Of a DNA stretch of 64,000 bases, positions 23,694 to 35,586 are shown one piece after another. The stretch is from an uncultured Nitrososphaerales archaeon (lineage in GTDB: Archaea > Thermoproteota > Nitrososphaeria > Nitrososphaerales > Nitrososphaeraceae): the NCBI GenBank assembly GCA_963695855.1, contig CAVOHZ010000010.1, forward strand, positions 1,248,001 to 1,312,000, written 5' to 3'. The position numbers and the translations under genes were made by a program. The notes below the pieces were generated by a model. That model was not told where the DNA came from. It saw only the letters and a program-made list of their open reading frames with translations, and ran no database searches. Each line of letters begins with the position of its first letter. Position 1 is the first letter of the stretch.

Positions 23694-23936
23694 CTATGCT
23701 GTCACAAGTTCTTTACTTTTTATTTTTTCATAAAATTCCTTACTATCTATATCCTGAGTAATCCATAAGTAGTCTGAATCTTGTCTTGAATTACTATCAT
23801 CAATTTGTTCAGGTTCTTCATGTTTTACATCGTGATCCACGATTTTTTTGTATGAATTGATTCTCTTTATTATTACGGATAGAATAGAAGACCCCAATAT
23901 TTCTGGATGAAAAAAATTTTTTTTATTCAATGACAT
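23694..23936 (-). CDS. Hypothetical protein
   Basis: 80-aa ORF. Confidence 0.45.
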   Translation of the reverse strand: MSLNKKNFFHPEILGSSILSVIIKRINSYKKIVDHDVKHEEPEQIDDSNSRQDSDYLWITQDIDSKEFYEKIKSKELVTA

Positions 23937-24759
23937 ATTCGTTTACATAAGTTAATTCCTTAAAGTGACTTATAAATATGATTATACTAGGTTCTTAGAT
24001 ATAAAAAAAGTATCTCTGTAATAGTATTTTATTGTAATTAATCAAACTACTGTTTGATCCTTTAATCTAATAATAATTCAAAACCATTTAGAAATAAGAT
24101 TATATTTTTTGTTATCATATTGCATGGATTGAAGAATAATATGTGCTATTGTATACATATTATATATTAAAAGTTCTTGCTTATAGCAGACCTATTAATT
24201 TAGAGAATAAATGTATTAGTAATGTCGCTACAGTAATAGATTAATTTAATTCAGCAAATATCGAAATCTAATCTTGATTCATTAGCAAGAGTTTCGATAT
24301 TGATATTCAATTACAGATCTCATATAATATTTTATTGTTGGTACATGTAAGTTATAAAAATAAATATTTTTGTGCCATGATATAGATTGCATCTCTGTTT
24401 GTGTATATTTTTAGTGTATCTTTATGATTACAATCATCCATCACAATTATCCTTATTCATAACAATTGCAAACGATAGATATCATCCTTACTATTACTTG
24501 TACTCTTGACTCCTACTTTCTCTTGTTCCAACTTCATCCCACTATGTGAAGAGCCTAATCCAGTTATATTTTCTGTATAATCGACTTCAACTGCTACAAC
24601 ATACCATCCCTGTTTTTTTATCTATTATTTTTTTCCTCATCAAAACCAGATTTAGTAAATACTTCTACCATGATTTTTTTGGAGTCATTTCAGGATATTT
24701 AGTATTAGGATAGGATCAACTTTTGGTAAAACTTCTTTGCAGAGTTCTAAATTCCTATT

Positions 24760-25017
24760 TTGATTTTTACAGTGAAATTGAATACCGTAATTATGCAAAC
24801 TCCAATTGTAATTCCTGCATTAACTGAAGGCTGTAGTTATGGGGAATTTAAAAGTCCAACTGATAAGATCATAGAAGATTGTATTAAGTCACATAACTAT
24901 TATGCAGTAGTAAAAGTAACCATCGACGGAAAAGAAATACCTGATATTGATAGATTCAGGATTACATCAGATTGGTTTATTTTAAATGTTACACAGACAT
25001 ATAGGATATGCAACTAA
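24760..25017 (+). pseudogene. Fragment of a hypothetical protein
   Basis: VKVTIDGKEI...RITSDWF segment; no convincing start. Confidence 0.35.
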
Positions 25018-25225
25018 GGAAGCCAAAACATCTCTAACATCTTTTTATATTGAAACAAGTGATTTACTATATTGTTGAGAGAGATGATAATTCAGTTCAA
25101 AACTATAACTGTAATAATAAATTGATTTATCTAATAGAATTTTTATTGAATAATAAACTTAAGTCTATTTAGTGGGAAAAACGTAATACTCTAGGATAAT
25201 AAGAAAAATATACTCCTCTTTCTAT

Positions 25226-25870
25226 TTGTATTTCTATATGGTTTCTAAAAATAAATTATACTATTATTATTATCTTGTTATTGATTTAGAAGGTTCTTCT
25301 TCGCAAAATATTCCATTAGATATTCAAATTGAGAAATTAGAAAAATTGAGACTTTGTGTGAGTAGAATTTTAAACTTTAACACAAGTAGACTACACCAAA
25401 CGAAAGTAAGATATATCAACTCCACAGGGGATGGTTATTTTATTATTTTTGATAAAGGAGAAGACACACTAAAATTTTCCATTGATCTTCAAAAATATTT
25501 AAATGATCACAATAAGAAAATAAAAAACAAAAAATTTTATTCACAACAAGAAATTGATTCAAAAACAATTATAGTTAATACTGGGATTTCTTGTGGAATC
25601 GGTAAACCCCTTAAACAAATAGATGGACAAATAACCTATTGGGGATCGGATGTTATATTGGCTCATAGGATTGCTGATTATGCTAAAGGAGGTTATATAT
25701 TATGTAGTTCTGATGTATACAAAAATATGAAAAATATTAATTTTGGTGAATTTGTAAATCTTGAATGTTCAACAAATTTTAAACACAATTTAAAAACAGA
25801 TGTATATTTATTTTATAATAAAGAAGATAAAGAAAAATTCGAGAATGTAAATATTCATCTTTTAAGATGA
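25226..25870 (+). CDS. Class III adenylate/guanylate cyclase domain protein
   Basis: VIDLEGSS, TGDGYF, TGISCG, WGSDVILAHRI. Confidence 0.82.
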   Translation: MYFYMVSKNKLYYYYYLVIDLEGSSSQNIPLDIQIEKLEKLRLCVSRILNFNTSRLHQTKVRYINSTGDGYFIIFDKGEDTLKFSIDLQKYLNDHNKKIKNKKFYSQQEIDSKTIIVNTGISCGIGKPLKQIDGQITYWGSDVILAHRIADYAKGGYILCSSDVYKNMKNINFGEFVNLECSTNFKHNLKTDVYLFYNKEDKEKFENVNIHLLR

Positions 25871-26777
25871 ATCAAAATTTTTTTCTAATAACTTTAACAA
25901 AAAAGTGCAGTTTAAATTCAAGAATTAAAGTAAAATTCTAAATTTTATTGATAGAAGATGTTTCATAATTTTGATCTACATGACTTTTCTTTAGTTTTAG
26001 GGCAATCGATCCATTAATTATACTTTCAATACCTAAAATTGTAATTTCATCTTAAATATTCTAAATGAAATAACATTTTTGAACCACAATCAAGGAAAAT
26101 TCTAGATATTACTAGAGTAATAGATTAATTAATTTATCTTCGATAAGAAAAAAAAGTAAAATATCAGTTTTTGTCATCTCAATGGTCGATTGTCTGAGCA
26201 AAATGCAGCAACTGTATATACTATATCTGTTCCTTTTCTACAGATTATTTAGTGAACCATCTGTTTGGGCTTAAAAACCTGAACTTTCAATGAATCTGGC
26301 AAAGTGGAAAAATACTTCAGTAAATGAAATTTATAAAATTCGATACAAATAATCGAGCTAATTAGGATCAAAAAATTCTTTATAACAATTAATAAATTCT
26401 AATAGACTTAAAATCTGGGTAGATATAATTCTCTTATTTGACAGTAATATTTCCAAACAATGGATACATTGATTATAAACATTTTACATTTTTGTAAATT
26501 CGAGCCAACCTTCGAAATCTGCTATGCAAAAACTAATCTATAAAAATAAAACTTATCATAATTCATTTTATTAATCTATCTATCATATCATAGCAGAAAA
26601 TAATCAGACATCAAAAGATTATTTGGTGAATATGTTAGAACTAGATTATTGAAATTACAAAGTGAAATAATCTTTGGATGTATTGCATACAATATTCATG
26701 GAATGATAAATGTGATTATTACAAGATGTCTTCTAGAGAGCCAAAAAATTTATCTATTACGATGACTTTGGAAGATT

Positions 26778-27183
26778 ATGCAAAATATGATTGGAATGCT
26801 CGCACAATCTTTTGGAATAGATCCCAAAAATAGCCGGTTTAGCGGTTAACGGTGCAACCAAAATCTTTCTTCAAAAATCGACTCCTAAGGCTGCTTCAGG
26901 TCTTCTGTCAGCTTTACCCAAAAATATTACCGACCAATTTGATGACAATGACAGACAAAAATTTAAAACAACACAAGAGAATGTAAATCGTTATGATTTG
27001 ATAAAATAATTGTCAGAAATAACAGGTATAAAAGATATCGACAAATTAGATAATTTTGCTGATACTATTTTGGATGGTATAAAGCAAAATACTAGGATTG
27101 ATTTAAGTGATGGTCTTGACAAAGAAGAATTGTTACAAGGATTAAAAGATTTATCAAGACAGCAACAATCTAGTCAATTTTAA
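26778..27183 (+). pseudogene. Hypothetical protein pseudogene
   Basis: MQNMIGMLAQSFGIDP, then a frameshift, FLQKSTPKAASGLLSALP and an internal TAA. Confidence 0.5.
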
Positions 27184-27626
27184 TTCTTAATAATCTCTTT
27201 TTTATAAAAGCTTCTAAAATACAATCGTTGGGATAGAAACAAGTACAGGTATTAAAAGAAACATCCATACCTAATAATATCATAGAATAAGTGAAATGTG
27301 ATTGTTACTTCTTCAGAATATTATTTATAAATTAAAAATGAAAATATGTATACTCAAATACAAAACAATGATAAATATTTTTACAAATATTTCAGAAAAT
27401 TTGGTTTTTATTTGTAGCAATCAAGACGATTTATGATTTATAGAGCAAGAAAAACTAAACCTGTGAATTTAAGTCATTTATACTAAGAGGTCTAGAAAAT
27501 ATTATAAATGAAAATATATTATATGGTCAAGATTATTTCATGTATATATCTTTTTCTAGTGGCTAAAAATTTGAATTCTTGTAATTCTGTTACAATAGTG
27601 AATAAGAAGGTGAATTAATAGCAATA

Positions 27627-28034
27627 ATGAAGTCTAGATCAAAATTAATTCTATTGGTGGATGATGAACCCGATCATGTCGATCTTTTTAAAGATATACT
27701 TGAAAGTAGAAATTATGATGTGAATGGTTTTACAAATCCGCTAGAGGCATTAGAACATTACAGAACAAATTGCGATCAATATGGATTAGTAATTGCTGAT
27801 ATTCAAATGCCTGCAATGACGGGGTTTGATCTGCTAAAGAATATCAAAAAGATTGATACTACTATTTCATGTTTTTTGATGTCAGCTTATGATACCATCG
27901 AATTTTCTGAACTAGAAGATATAAAGATAGATGGATTTATAAAAAAACCAATAATATTAAAGGAATTATTATCTACCATCGAAAAATATTTGATCAATAT
28001 CCCAATATCATCAAATTATAGTAGTAATATCTAG
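27627..28034 (+). CDS. Stand-alone response regulator receiver
   Basis: LVDDE, ADIQMP (phospho-Asp), MSA, KKP. Confidence 0.92.
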   Translation: MKSRSKLILLVDDEPDHVDLFKDILESRNYDVNGFTNPLEALEHYRTNCDQYGLVIADIQMPAMTGFDLLKNIKKIDTTISCFLMSAYDTIEFSELEDIKIDGFIKKPIILKELLSTIEKYLINIPISSNYSSNI

Positions 28035-28944
28035 TAATTGTTTAAACTTTTACAACATGCGATATCAAGTTATTATTTATTTTTGTCTTAACATATGAGA
28101 ATTTCCAGTCAATAAATATATACTGCTATTTATTAAAATCGAATAGTTAGGTAGACTAGATAATTAATTGAACCAATTAATTTAATGTCTATACTTATTA
28201 GAGAATTGAAATATTGTATAACAATAGAATAATGATAATAGGTGATTATGAAGAAATTATTAATTTATTCATTATATTTTTAAATTCAATGGCTATAATA
28301 CAGATGCATATACCGATTAAGTAGAAGCTTTGTGTAACTTTATAAAATATAGTCATGATTTAATTATACTGGATTTGAAATTCCACAAACGGATGAATAA
28401 TATTATATAAAAAGATGAAATGTTTTTTCGGTGTTTATAATTACAGAAATAAGATAATATTATATGTCTATTCTATCTCATGATGACAAAACTTGTTACC
28501 ATTTTTAGTAAAGTTTGCTATTATCAATTTGAGTTTCAGATATTTCAATCAAATTTCCCTTATTAATGTGATAAATCGGCATTTAGAATAGACTAAACTA
28601 GTATCATCAAGATTTAAAATTTCCTTATAACAAATTTCATCTAACAATACCTATCTATTAAATGTTAAATCTTATCTTTTTTATTTGTAATCATAATTAT
28701 ATTTAACAGTGGACCAAATACTGATTGGTTTTTGAGTGGAGTCACGCATATCCTACAGTGAATGACGTATGGACCGTAATATTTTATGCCGTCAGACAAA
28801 AAAGAATTAATTATTATTGTCTATTTTTCAGTACAGCAGAAATTAATGGTAAATTTTATTAAAAATTCTCCAATACAACAAAATATGCATTAATCAGGAT
28901 GAAAAATCGCTGAATATTTTCAATTGTCTTTATAACTATAATTG

Positions 28945-28986
28945 ATAGACTCCACGAGTTGAGCGCCGGGAGTGGGACTCGAACCC
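28945..28986 (-). repeat. tRNA 3'-end fragment (Ser-like), att remnant
   Basis: Reverse complement GGGTTCGAGTCCCACTCCCGGCG = T-arm, acceptor strand and G73; no 5' half. Confidence 0.75.
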
Positions 28987-29469
28987 TTATTCATCAAATG
29001 TGGGTTCTATCATCTAATATTAAAATATCTTCAAACAAATTGTAGATTCAATTATTCTATTTTAAATTCTTCTACCAATAGTAAGAATTTCATTGTAAAA
29101 GAAATATTATTTGTTATGAACATGATCATCATACGAAGAAATCAACGTCAAGATATTATTATCCTGATCTTTGATCTCAGACATTATTCCATCCCAATCT
29201 TGTTTTTTAGGTTCTGTAACCTCTACTCTTTTTTCTCGTAAGTCTGTATAAGTATTATCAATATTTTTGGTATGATTAGATGTAAGTCTAATTTTTCTTT
29301 ATATCTTTTTATTACCAATAAAATTTTTTATAAAAATTGAAATTAACAATTGAAGATCGTATCATACCTAAGATGAAATACTAGATGATTCGAATATTAT
29401 AAATAATAAATTGAATTAATATTTTGCTAGTAATTTATATCCCTTATCTTATAATAACCTTGATGTTAT

Positions 29470-29835
29470 TTGGGTTTCAATGGTAATGTTCCAAGTCGTG
29501 GACGCTATCCTTATCCAAATAACAATGATAAAAAATACTTTGATCCAAGATTTAAGCGAATTCTCTGGTTTCTATTTGCAAGCACAAGGGGAGGTCTTAC
29601 CCGCACTAAAATTATAAGTTTAATTAATGAAACACCTACAAATGCTAACCAGATATCGACAATGTTGAATCTCAATTATAAAACTGTAATTCATCATTTA
29701 AATGTCTTGATAAAAAATGGATTGATTATTACAGAAAATAAAGAGATTTATGGTTCTACATATTTTCTTACTCCGTTAATGGAACAAAATTTTCAATTAT
29801 TTAAAGAGATATTAAATAAAATAACGAAACAATAA
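29470..29835 (+). CDS. ArsR-like winged-helix regulator
   Basis: DPRFKRILWFLFASTRGG..R.KII; NYKTVIHHLNVL. Confidence 0.85.
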   Translation: MGFNGNVPSRGRYPYPNNNDKKYFDPRFKRILWFLFASTRGGLTRTKIISLINETPTNANQISTMLNLNYKTVIHHLNVLIKNGLIITENKEIYGSTYFLTPLMEQNFQLFKEILNKITKQ

Positions 29836-29881
29836 TGAAATTTGCTTATCACTTATTTTATAAATCAGAAACTAACGGAAT

Positions 29882-30181
29882 TTATTTTCTTGAGATCCAC
29901 AATAGTATCGATAGTCCAACTGATTGAGAGAGATTGATGAAGAATAAATACGGAGCAGCACTGTCAACTATATTTTTTATAGCAGGTCCAGCAAGATAAA
30001 GATTAAACCAAAATATCACAATTACTATGTTTTGTAACATAAATAGTGACGCTACTAGTACCAGACCATATGTAAAAAACGATTTCAATAACCGTATATT
30101 TTGGATATATATCGATATAATATAACCTAGAAGACCAATATTTATCAAAGCCGCAATAGCAGCGCCAATCATAAAATCCAT
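29882..30181 (-). CDS. Small 3-TM membrane protein
   Basis: 99 aa, three hydrophobic segments. Confidence 0.75.
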   Translation of the reverse strand: MDFMIGAAIAALINIGLLGYIISIYIQNIRLLKSFFTYGLVLVASLFMLQNIVIVIFWFNLYLAGPAIKNIVDSAAPYLFFINLSQSVGLSILLWISRK

Positions 30182-30325
30182 TTCTATATCTACTATATCC
30201 TTTCCTAGAGCCTTTTATTTTATGGTTTTTTATTAATTAAAAAAAAGTGGTGGTAGATTTTTTTCGAATTTTTTTCATTTTCGTTCATGAATTTTTTAGT
30301 TGTGATATTTTACGTTTTTACTTTT

Positions 30326-31429
30326 TTAATTCATTTCACTATAGTTTGCATCAACTTCTTGGAATAACAAGAATGCAAAGAACGGAGGTTGTTTTTGATT
30401 TGCTACTGGCCATATTGATGATTGTGATTCTGTTCCTTCTCCGATATTGTCATTATTGTTCCTTGGTTCTGCAAATTCGATAGGATAATCAAATGGAGGA
30501 CTATTTTCTAGCGACAGGTCACTTGATAATGGAGTAAATGATTGTGCCTCTTCTGCAGATAATTTACCAACTCCTGCTGGTAATTCAGTATCATTTGGAA
30601 TATTTACTGCAAATACCAATGCCAAATTTGGAGTTAATGCTTTATCTCTCATGTTTTGATAATATACATTTTCATCCATTAAATGTCCAACCATCACATG
30701 AGTAAAAATATCTTCTGCTACTACTGTATTGTTACCATTTGTTATATCAACTACTTTTGCATGACCATACAAAAATGCCAGATTGCTTAACTGTGGAACA
30801 TCTGATCTATCAATATTGGATAATCCATGTTGAATTTGATGCATTCCTACGTTATTTACGGATGAAGCAAATTCTGCGTTTTCAGTCGGTAAGGAAGAAT
30901 CCGGAGAATTCCATTCTGTATCAGTCAGTATTATTTTGTACGTATGATCTTTTATCTGATGAGATCCATAAGTAATTGGAGAGGTGTATGTTGCCTCATA
31001 CGATGTAGTTTTATCTATATTTCCATCCTCAAATTTACCTTTAAATTTTGCATCATTTCCTGCAGATACTCCACATGTTAATGCATCAGCACACTTGAAA
31101 ACATCTGTAAAAGGAAATATTCCTTCAGGTCCAAATACATTTGTCAAGCCTACAGCAGGTTCAAAAAGTGCATTTGACCCTTCAACTTCAAGTATAGTTG
31201 AATTAGAATTTGGTTGTGGCATCTTTGATGATGATGATGGCATCATCATTGTCATCATTTCAGACTTTGATTGGTTTCCTTCTTCTCCTTGTTCTGCATA
31301 TGCTATCTGATTTAAAATATCTATTGTACCAATACTTATGGTTAGTATAAAAAAAATAGATCCCATTAGTATTGCCTGTTTTTTATACTCTTTGTTGTTG
31401 TTTGATGATTTTTCTTTTGGATTAATCAT
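30326..31429 (-). CDS. Secreted or anchored hypothetical protein with Met-rich linker
   Basis: N-terminal TM; MMTMMMP; His-containing HVMVGH. Confidence 0.8.
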   Translation of the reverse strand: MINPKEKSSNNNKEYKKQAILMGSIFFILTISIGTIDILNQIAYAEQGEEGNQSKSEMMTMMMPSSSSKMPQPNSNSTILEVEGSNALFEPAVGLTNVFGPEGIFPFTDVFKCADALTCGVSAGNDAKFKGKFEDGNIDKTTSYEATYTSPITYGSHQIKDHTYKIILTDTEWNSPDSSLPTENAEFASSVNNVGMHQIQHGLSNIDRSDVPQLSNLAFLYGHAKVVDITNGNNTVVAEDIFTHVMVGHLMDENVYYQNMRDKALTPNLALVFAVNIPNDTELPAGVGKLSAEEAQSFTPLSSDLSLENSPPFDYPIEFAEPRNNNDNIGEGTESQSSIWPVANQKQPPFFAFLLFQEVDANYSEMN

Positions 31430-31480
31430 TAAACCAACTTTTTTATAATAAATTATTTAAAATAAATCCAAATTCAAGCC

Positions 31481-31513
31481 TAAATTATGCATAAATTATA
31501 CATAAATTACATA
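31481..31513. promoter_or_regulatory. Three 11-bp direct repeats upstream of 30326-31429 (candidate operator)
   Basis: TAAATTATGCA TAAATTATACA TAAATTACATA. Confidence 0.45.
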
Positions 31514-32345
31514 CCACTCTTTGTTGAATAAATATTTAGATTGGATGGTTATTTATCACAATCATGTCATCTTCAATATTTTCTTAATTGTTTACTCACT
31601 TTTACAAATAACAATTTATCATGTAAGAGAATTTCTTTACAAGAAAAATTACAATAAGTATCCAACTCATTAGTATATTAATTTGGTATTCTATGATATA
31701 ACAAAATTGAAGATAAAGTTGTGTCAAAAAAAGGAAATAGTTTATAATAAAAGTGTTAAAAAGGTTATTGTCATCATTGCTCCCATTAATGAAACTAGTC
31801 CGATTATACCTACTTTGGAATTTATCGATATTCTTCTTTTTTTATTTTCTTTTAGTATATCTTTATTCATATCTTGTTTTCTCTGATAAAATATATAAAA
31901 AAATACCAAAATTATACCCAATTATATGAAACTTTATTCTGATTGTAACTCGAACTCTATTCGTCAAGTGTGGATCTACTATCTGTTATTAAATTATTAC
32001 ATTACTCTAACACAAATGTTTCAGAAAAATTTGAATTCATTCTAATCTATTTTTAAAAAAATACTCCTGGTATGGGGATAGAGGGGTCTTGTTAAGTGGG
32101 TGATTTTGGGAGTGGTGTGGGGTTTTAGTAAATATTTTTTGTGGGATGGCTCTGTTTATTAGCATTAGTTGCCTGATGGGGTTCATATGTTTACGATTTA
32201 TTTTTAGTGGAATTTTCGTTAATATTTTATTTAATAAAATATAACGGAAAAAGTTTTTAGTTCAATCAGAGATTTTTAACTAGTACTGCCAAGATTGATA
32301 TGGAGTATGTTTAGAGTTGCAATTTTATGATTTAATTTATAGTCG

Positions 32346-32434
32346 ATAGAGTCCGCGAGTTGAGCGCCGGGAGTGGGGACTCGAATTCAGAAGAAGTACG
32401 ACGGGATTTGTAAGGAATAATATCGCTAGAGTAA
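32346..32434 (-). repeat. tRNA(Ser-like) 3' fragment plus extension
   Basis: GAGTTGAGCGCCGGGAGTGGGGACTCGAA...ATATCGCTAGAGTAA; extension shared with 33623-33702. Confidence 0.72.
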
Positions 32435-32766
32435 TATTTTTTGTTGTAGTGATTACATTTTCCATTTCAGTGAAACCTCACTAAACTGAACTAAAAAGAA
32501 TATTCGTCATTCTTACAGGATACTATTGCAGTATCTTTTACAGAACTTGTTAGAAATGTTCTGAAACTGTGTTTTATTACTTATAAAAACAATCTTACAT
32601 TACAAAAAATAATTTAAATTTCCCACTAAGCGATTTAGTAACTTATTCCTGATGAGGTAAATTTATACACTCATTTCTAAAAGTAATTTTTTAACTTAAA
32701 AAATGAATAACATTTTTAAACACTTAAGTAACATGGTCTGGAAAAATATCTTATAGGAGGGAGAAA

Positions 32767-32970
32767 ATGAAGAGAGAAAATGAAGAATTAAAAGATAAGG
32801 GAAAAAAGGCCAAGATTTATGGTGATCAAACCTTGGAAAATATAAAAAAATATTATAATATAGAAGATCATGAAGATTTATTAAAATTTATCAAGTTAAA
32901 TCGATTAGTTATTAACCTTGATAATTATTATGATGAAGATAATGATATTATTATAAATGAATCAATCTAA
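32767..32970 (+). CDS. Hypothetical protein
   Basis: 67-aa ORF with GGAGG upstream. Confidence 0.5.
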   Translation: MKRENEELKDKGKKAKIYGDQTLENIKKYYNIEDHEDLLKFIKLNRLVINLDNYYDEDNDIIINESI

Positions 32971-33021
32971 ACAATAATGTTAATTTAATTTTTCAGTTGC
33001 TAATAACAGATAATATTTTAT

Positions 33022-33387
33022 TTAACCAAGAAGAGTTAGTTTTGCACATATAGCAAAACCTGTATGCGCGCAATCATCTGTCTGGCATAAGGTACAGAAT
33101 GGGACACCATCAGTAAAAACAACCTCAATATCTAAATTCTTGAGGTTATCATAAAGTAATATTTTGTTTTTTTTCTCTAAAATTCCGGTCAGAGATAAGT
33201 GTATATTCCTTCTGTTATCTTCACCACAATTTCCATCTCTAATTGATAGCCAGTGAGTAAAACATTCTATACCCTCCTCCGCGCTGTTATTTTTAATTTC
33301 TGATATGGCAAATTCATCATTGACACTATTGTTGGTTTCAGGTAATACTGACATTAATTTATTATTCCTCTCTGCCTCTTCTTTCAA
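33022..33387 (-). CDS. Hypothetical protein with C-terminal CxxC..CxH motif (possibly 5'-disrupted)
   Basis: PFCTLCQTDDCAHTGF. Confidence 0.55.
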   Translation of the reverse strand: MKEEAERNNKLMSVLPETNNSVNDEFAISEIKNNSAEEGIECFTHWLSIRDGNCGEDNRRNIHLSLTGILEKKNKILLYDNLKNLDIEVVFTDGVPFCTLCQTDDCAHTGFAICAKLTLLG

Positions 33388-33622
33388 TTAGAAAGAATCG
33401 ATATCTATTCAGCAAATTTTATTGTGTTATACCTATAGTAAATGCCGTATTTGAAGATTTCTTTTGTACCAGTAACAACTATTGAATAGAACAAAAATTG
33501 TACAAAACTCATTGGGAATGATATAAGAGTAATGTATTTGAATATTAGAAGATATTCCCTCCGTTCTAGGAGCAACCACGAATATGAATGTAGAAGGACA
33601 GAGTATGAATATATCAGTCTTC

Positions 33623-33702
33623 AAATTCGCAAGATTTGGGAGAAGTGGGACTCGAACCCAGAAGGAGTACACAGGGGTTTATACGAAATATCGCTAGAGT
33701 AA
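33623..33702 (-). repeat. Degenerate tRNA(Ser-like) fragment plus extension
   Basis: AGTGGGACTCGAACCCAGAAGGAGTAC...ATATCGCTAGAGTAA. Confidence 0.65.
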
Positions 33703-33791
33703 AAAACCAAATGATAACCTCCTTATTCTAGACTATAAGAGTAAATTTAGAGAATTAGAATTTAATGATAACGTAAATTATTTTATAATGA

Positions 33792-33829
33792 ATAGACTCC
33801 GCAAGTTGAGCGACGGGAGTGGGACTCGA
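33792..33829 (-). repeat. tRNA(Ser-like) 3' fragment
   Basis: ATAGACTCCGCAAGTTGAGCGACGGGAGTGGGACTCGA. Confidence 0.72.
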
Positions 33830-34004
33830 CACCACAGAATTATCCTAGTTATAATAGTCTCAATATCACGTATTTCTCTTACGTGGTTTCTTTACAATTT
33901 AAATTGTAATAATTTCACAAAAATGATATTTTAGTAAGGAATTATATAATATTTTGAATTGTTGTGTTTTCTGTGAAGTACATACCAAATCATTTGATAT
34001 AGTA

Positions 34005-34068
34005 GAGCCTTGATATTATACGGTTCCGGAGGGCTTCGAATTCTCATTATAGCAGGGTTCGATAACAT
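34005..34068 (+). repeat. att-like repeat, type C
   Basis: GAGCCTTGATATTATACGGTTCCGGAGGGCTTCGAATTCTCATTATAGCAGGGTTCGATAACAT. Confidence 0.85.
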
Positions 34069-34074
34069 GCTATT

Positions 34075-34263
34075 TAAATTTCTGAATTTGTCAAAACCAT
34101 TTTTCTCTATAATTTGATTAATATTCCAATCCTTATTTTTCCAGACATGGCTTGCCCATAAATTCTTGGTTAATTCTACTAAATCGGATTTTGCCATTTT
34201 ACGAAGATTTTGTGGCGACAAATTTGATTTAAAATAATTCAAATGGTCCCGGTGGTCTTGCAT
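34075..34263 (-). pseudogene. Gene fragment ending at a type C repeat
   Basis: LWASHVWKNKDW...NGFDKFRN, after which the ORF reads into repeat sequence. Confidence 0.45.
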
Positions 34264-34626
34264 CTCTTTTTTCCCATTCTCAGAATCAAGCCATTTTTGG
34301 AATTCTATTCAATATTTTTTCAGTATCGTTTTTTCTTCATCTGATGACTTGGCTTGTTGCACAAATGAATTATTGTGGACTTCTTTAAATGATATTCTAA
34401 TTCAACCCATTTAATTGCTAAACAGGAAATTTGAGATAAATAATGACATTTATATTCAGATTTAAAAATACAAAAATGTAGTAATAGAAGGCATGATATT
34501 ACTTTATTACAATGAACTTGACACAATATAGTAGGTATTAACAGGTATCAAATGGAAATAAAAGATAGATAAATGAAAATATAATACCGAACTGTTTATT
34601 AACCCATTTTTTAATTGAATCCCAGA

Positions 34627-35240
34627 ATGGAAGTTCCAAGCTTGAATAAATTTGAAAAACACGATTAAGTAATAAGGTTACATGAGGAAGGAAAGACATA
34701 TAGTGAAATAGCCCATATCGCTCACGTATCGATAAGGGATATAAAACCTATAATAAAAAATATGAAAAATCAACCTTAAAATCAGGTAAAGATAAAAATA
34801 AAAAAAGAAGGTTATCACAAGGTAGTCAGGCTTTCAAGTTATTTCAAGAAGGCAAATCTGCTCTAGATGTAGCCATTATTTTGGATTTAAAATTCAGTAA
34901 AGTTGACATATTATGGAGAGAATATTTATTTTTATCAAGTAACGCAGAATTTTTCTATATTTATGAGGACAATAAACCTCGTATAAACTATTTGCTTAAG
35001 ATAAATCGATTCTTAAAAGAAAACAATATCCCATACAAAAATATTTCTGAAATCTGGCAGACTGCCAATTCCATAAATAATTTGCTTTCTACTTACTCTA
35101 ATCTTAAAGATACAGTAGAAAAATTACAACGGAGTAAAAATAATTTTCAAAATATTAATAATCAAGGTATAATCGAGAGAATACCAAATCCTGGTCCTTG
35201 TCCATATGGACCACCCATCACATGGAGATTTCGAACATAG
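34627..35240 (+). pseudogene. HTH / coiled-coil protein pseudogene of the kind found on integrated elements
   Basis: VIRLHEEGKTYSEIAHIAHVSIRDI, then SQAFKLFQEGKSALDVAIILDL; stop and frameshift. Confidence 0.6.
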
Positions 35241-35409
35241 ACAAAGAATCCATCGTGGCATTGTAGGGAAAATTATTGAATTCATTTGTAAAACTCATTT
35301 GTGGAATTATTTCTCTTAAATTAGGAATACCTCGAGTTGGTTTTCCATTAATATTTTGATGAATGATTATTTTAAAGTAATCGTTATTATTGTTTAATAT
35401 TGCTGATGT

Positions 35410-35478
35410 TAGCTGTCTATTAACATCATTACTAATCTCTTCTACCTTTTTCAATACAGTTTCAAGTTTTTGAGGCAT
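35410..35478 (-). pseudogene. 5' stub MPQKLETVLKKVEEISNDVNRQL (putative integrase N-terminus) next to a type A repeat
   Basis: Repeated at 20588-20641 and, degenerately, near 61262-61305. Confidence 0.45.
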
Positions 35479-35515
35479 TTTAGATGTCTCTCCTTCTTCT
35501 ATTATTACAATACCC

Positions 35516-35586
35516 ATGTATATGAACCCCGATATTATACGGGCTCGGAGGTGTGTGAACTGATTTTGACACAATTTTGTAGTTCA
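35516..35586 (+). repeat. att-like repeat, type A
   Basis: ATGTATATGAACCCCGATATTATACGGGCTCGGAGGTGTGTGAACTGATTTTGACACAATTTTGTAGTTCA. Confidence 0.85.

Noticed and set aside
28945-33829. Intact tRNA genes
   Set aside because: Only the T-arm and acceptor 3' strand are present; no D or anticodon arm adjacent.
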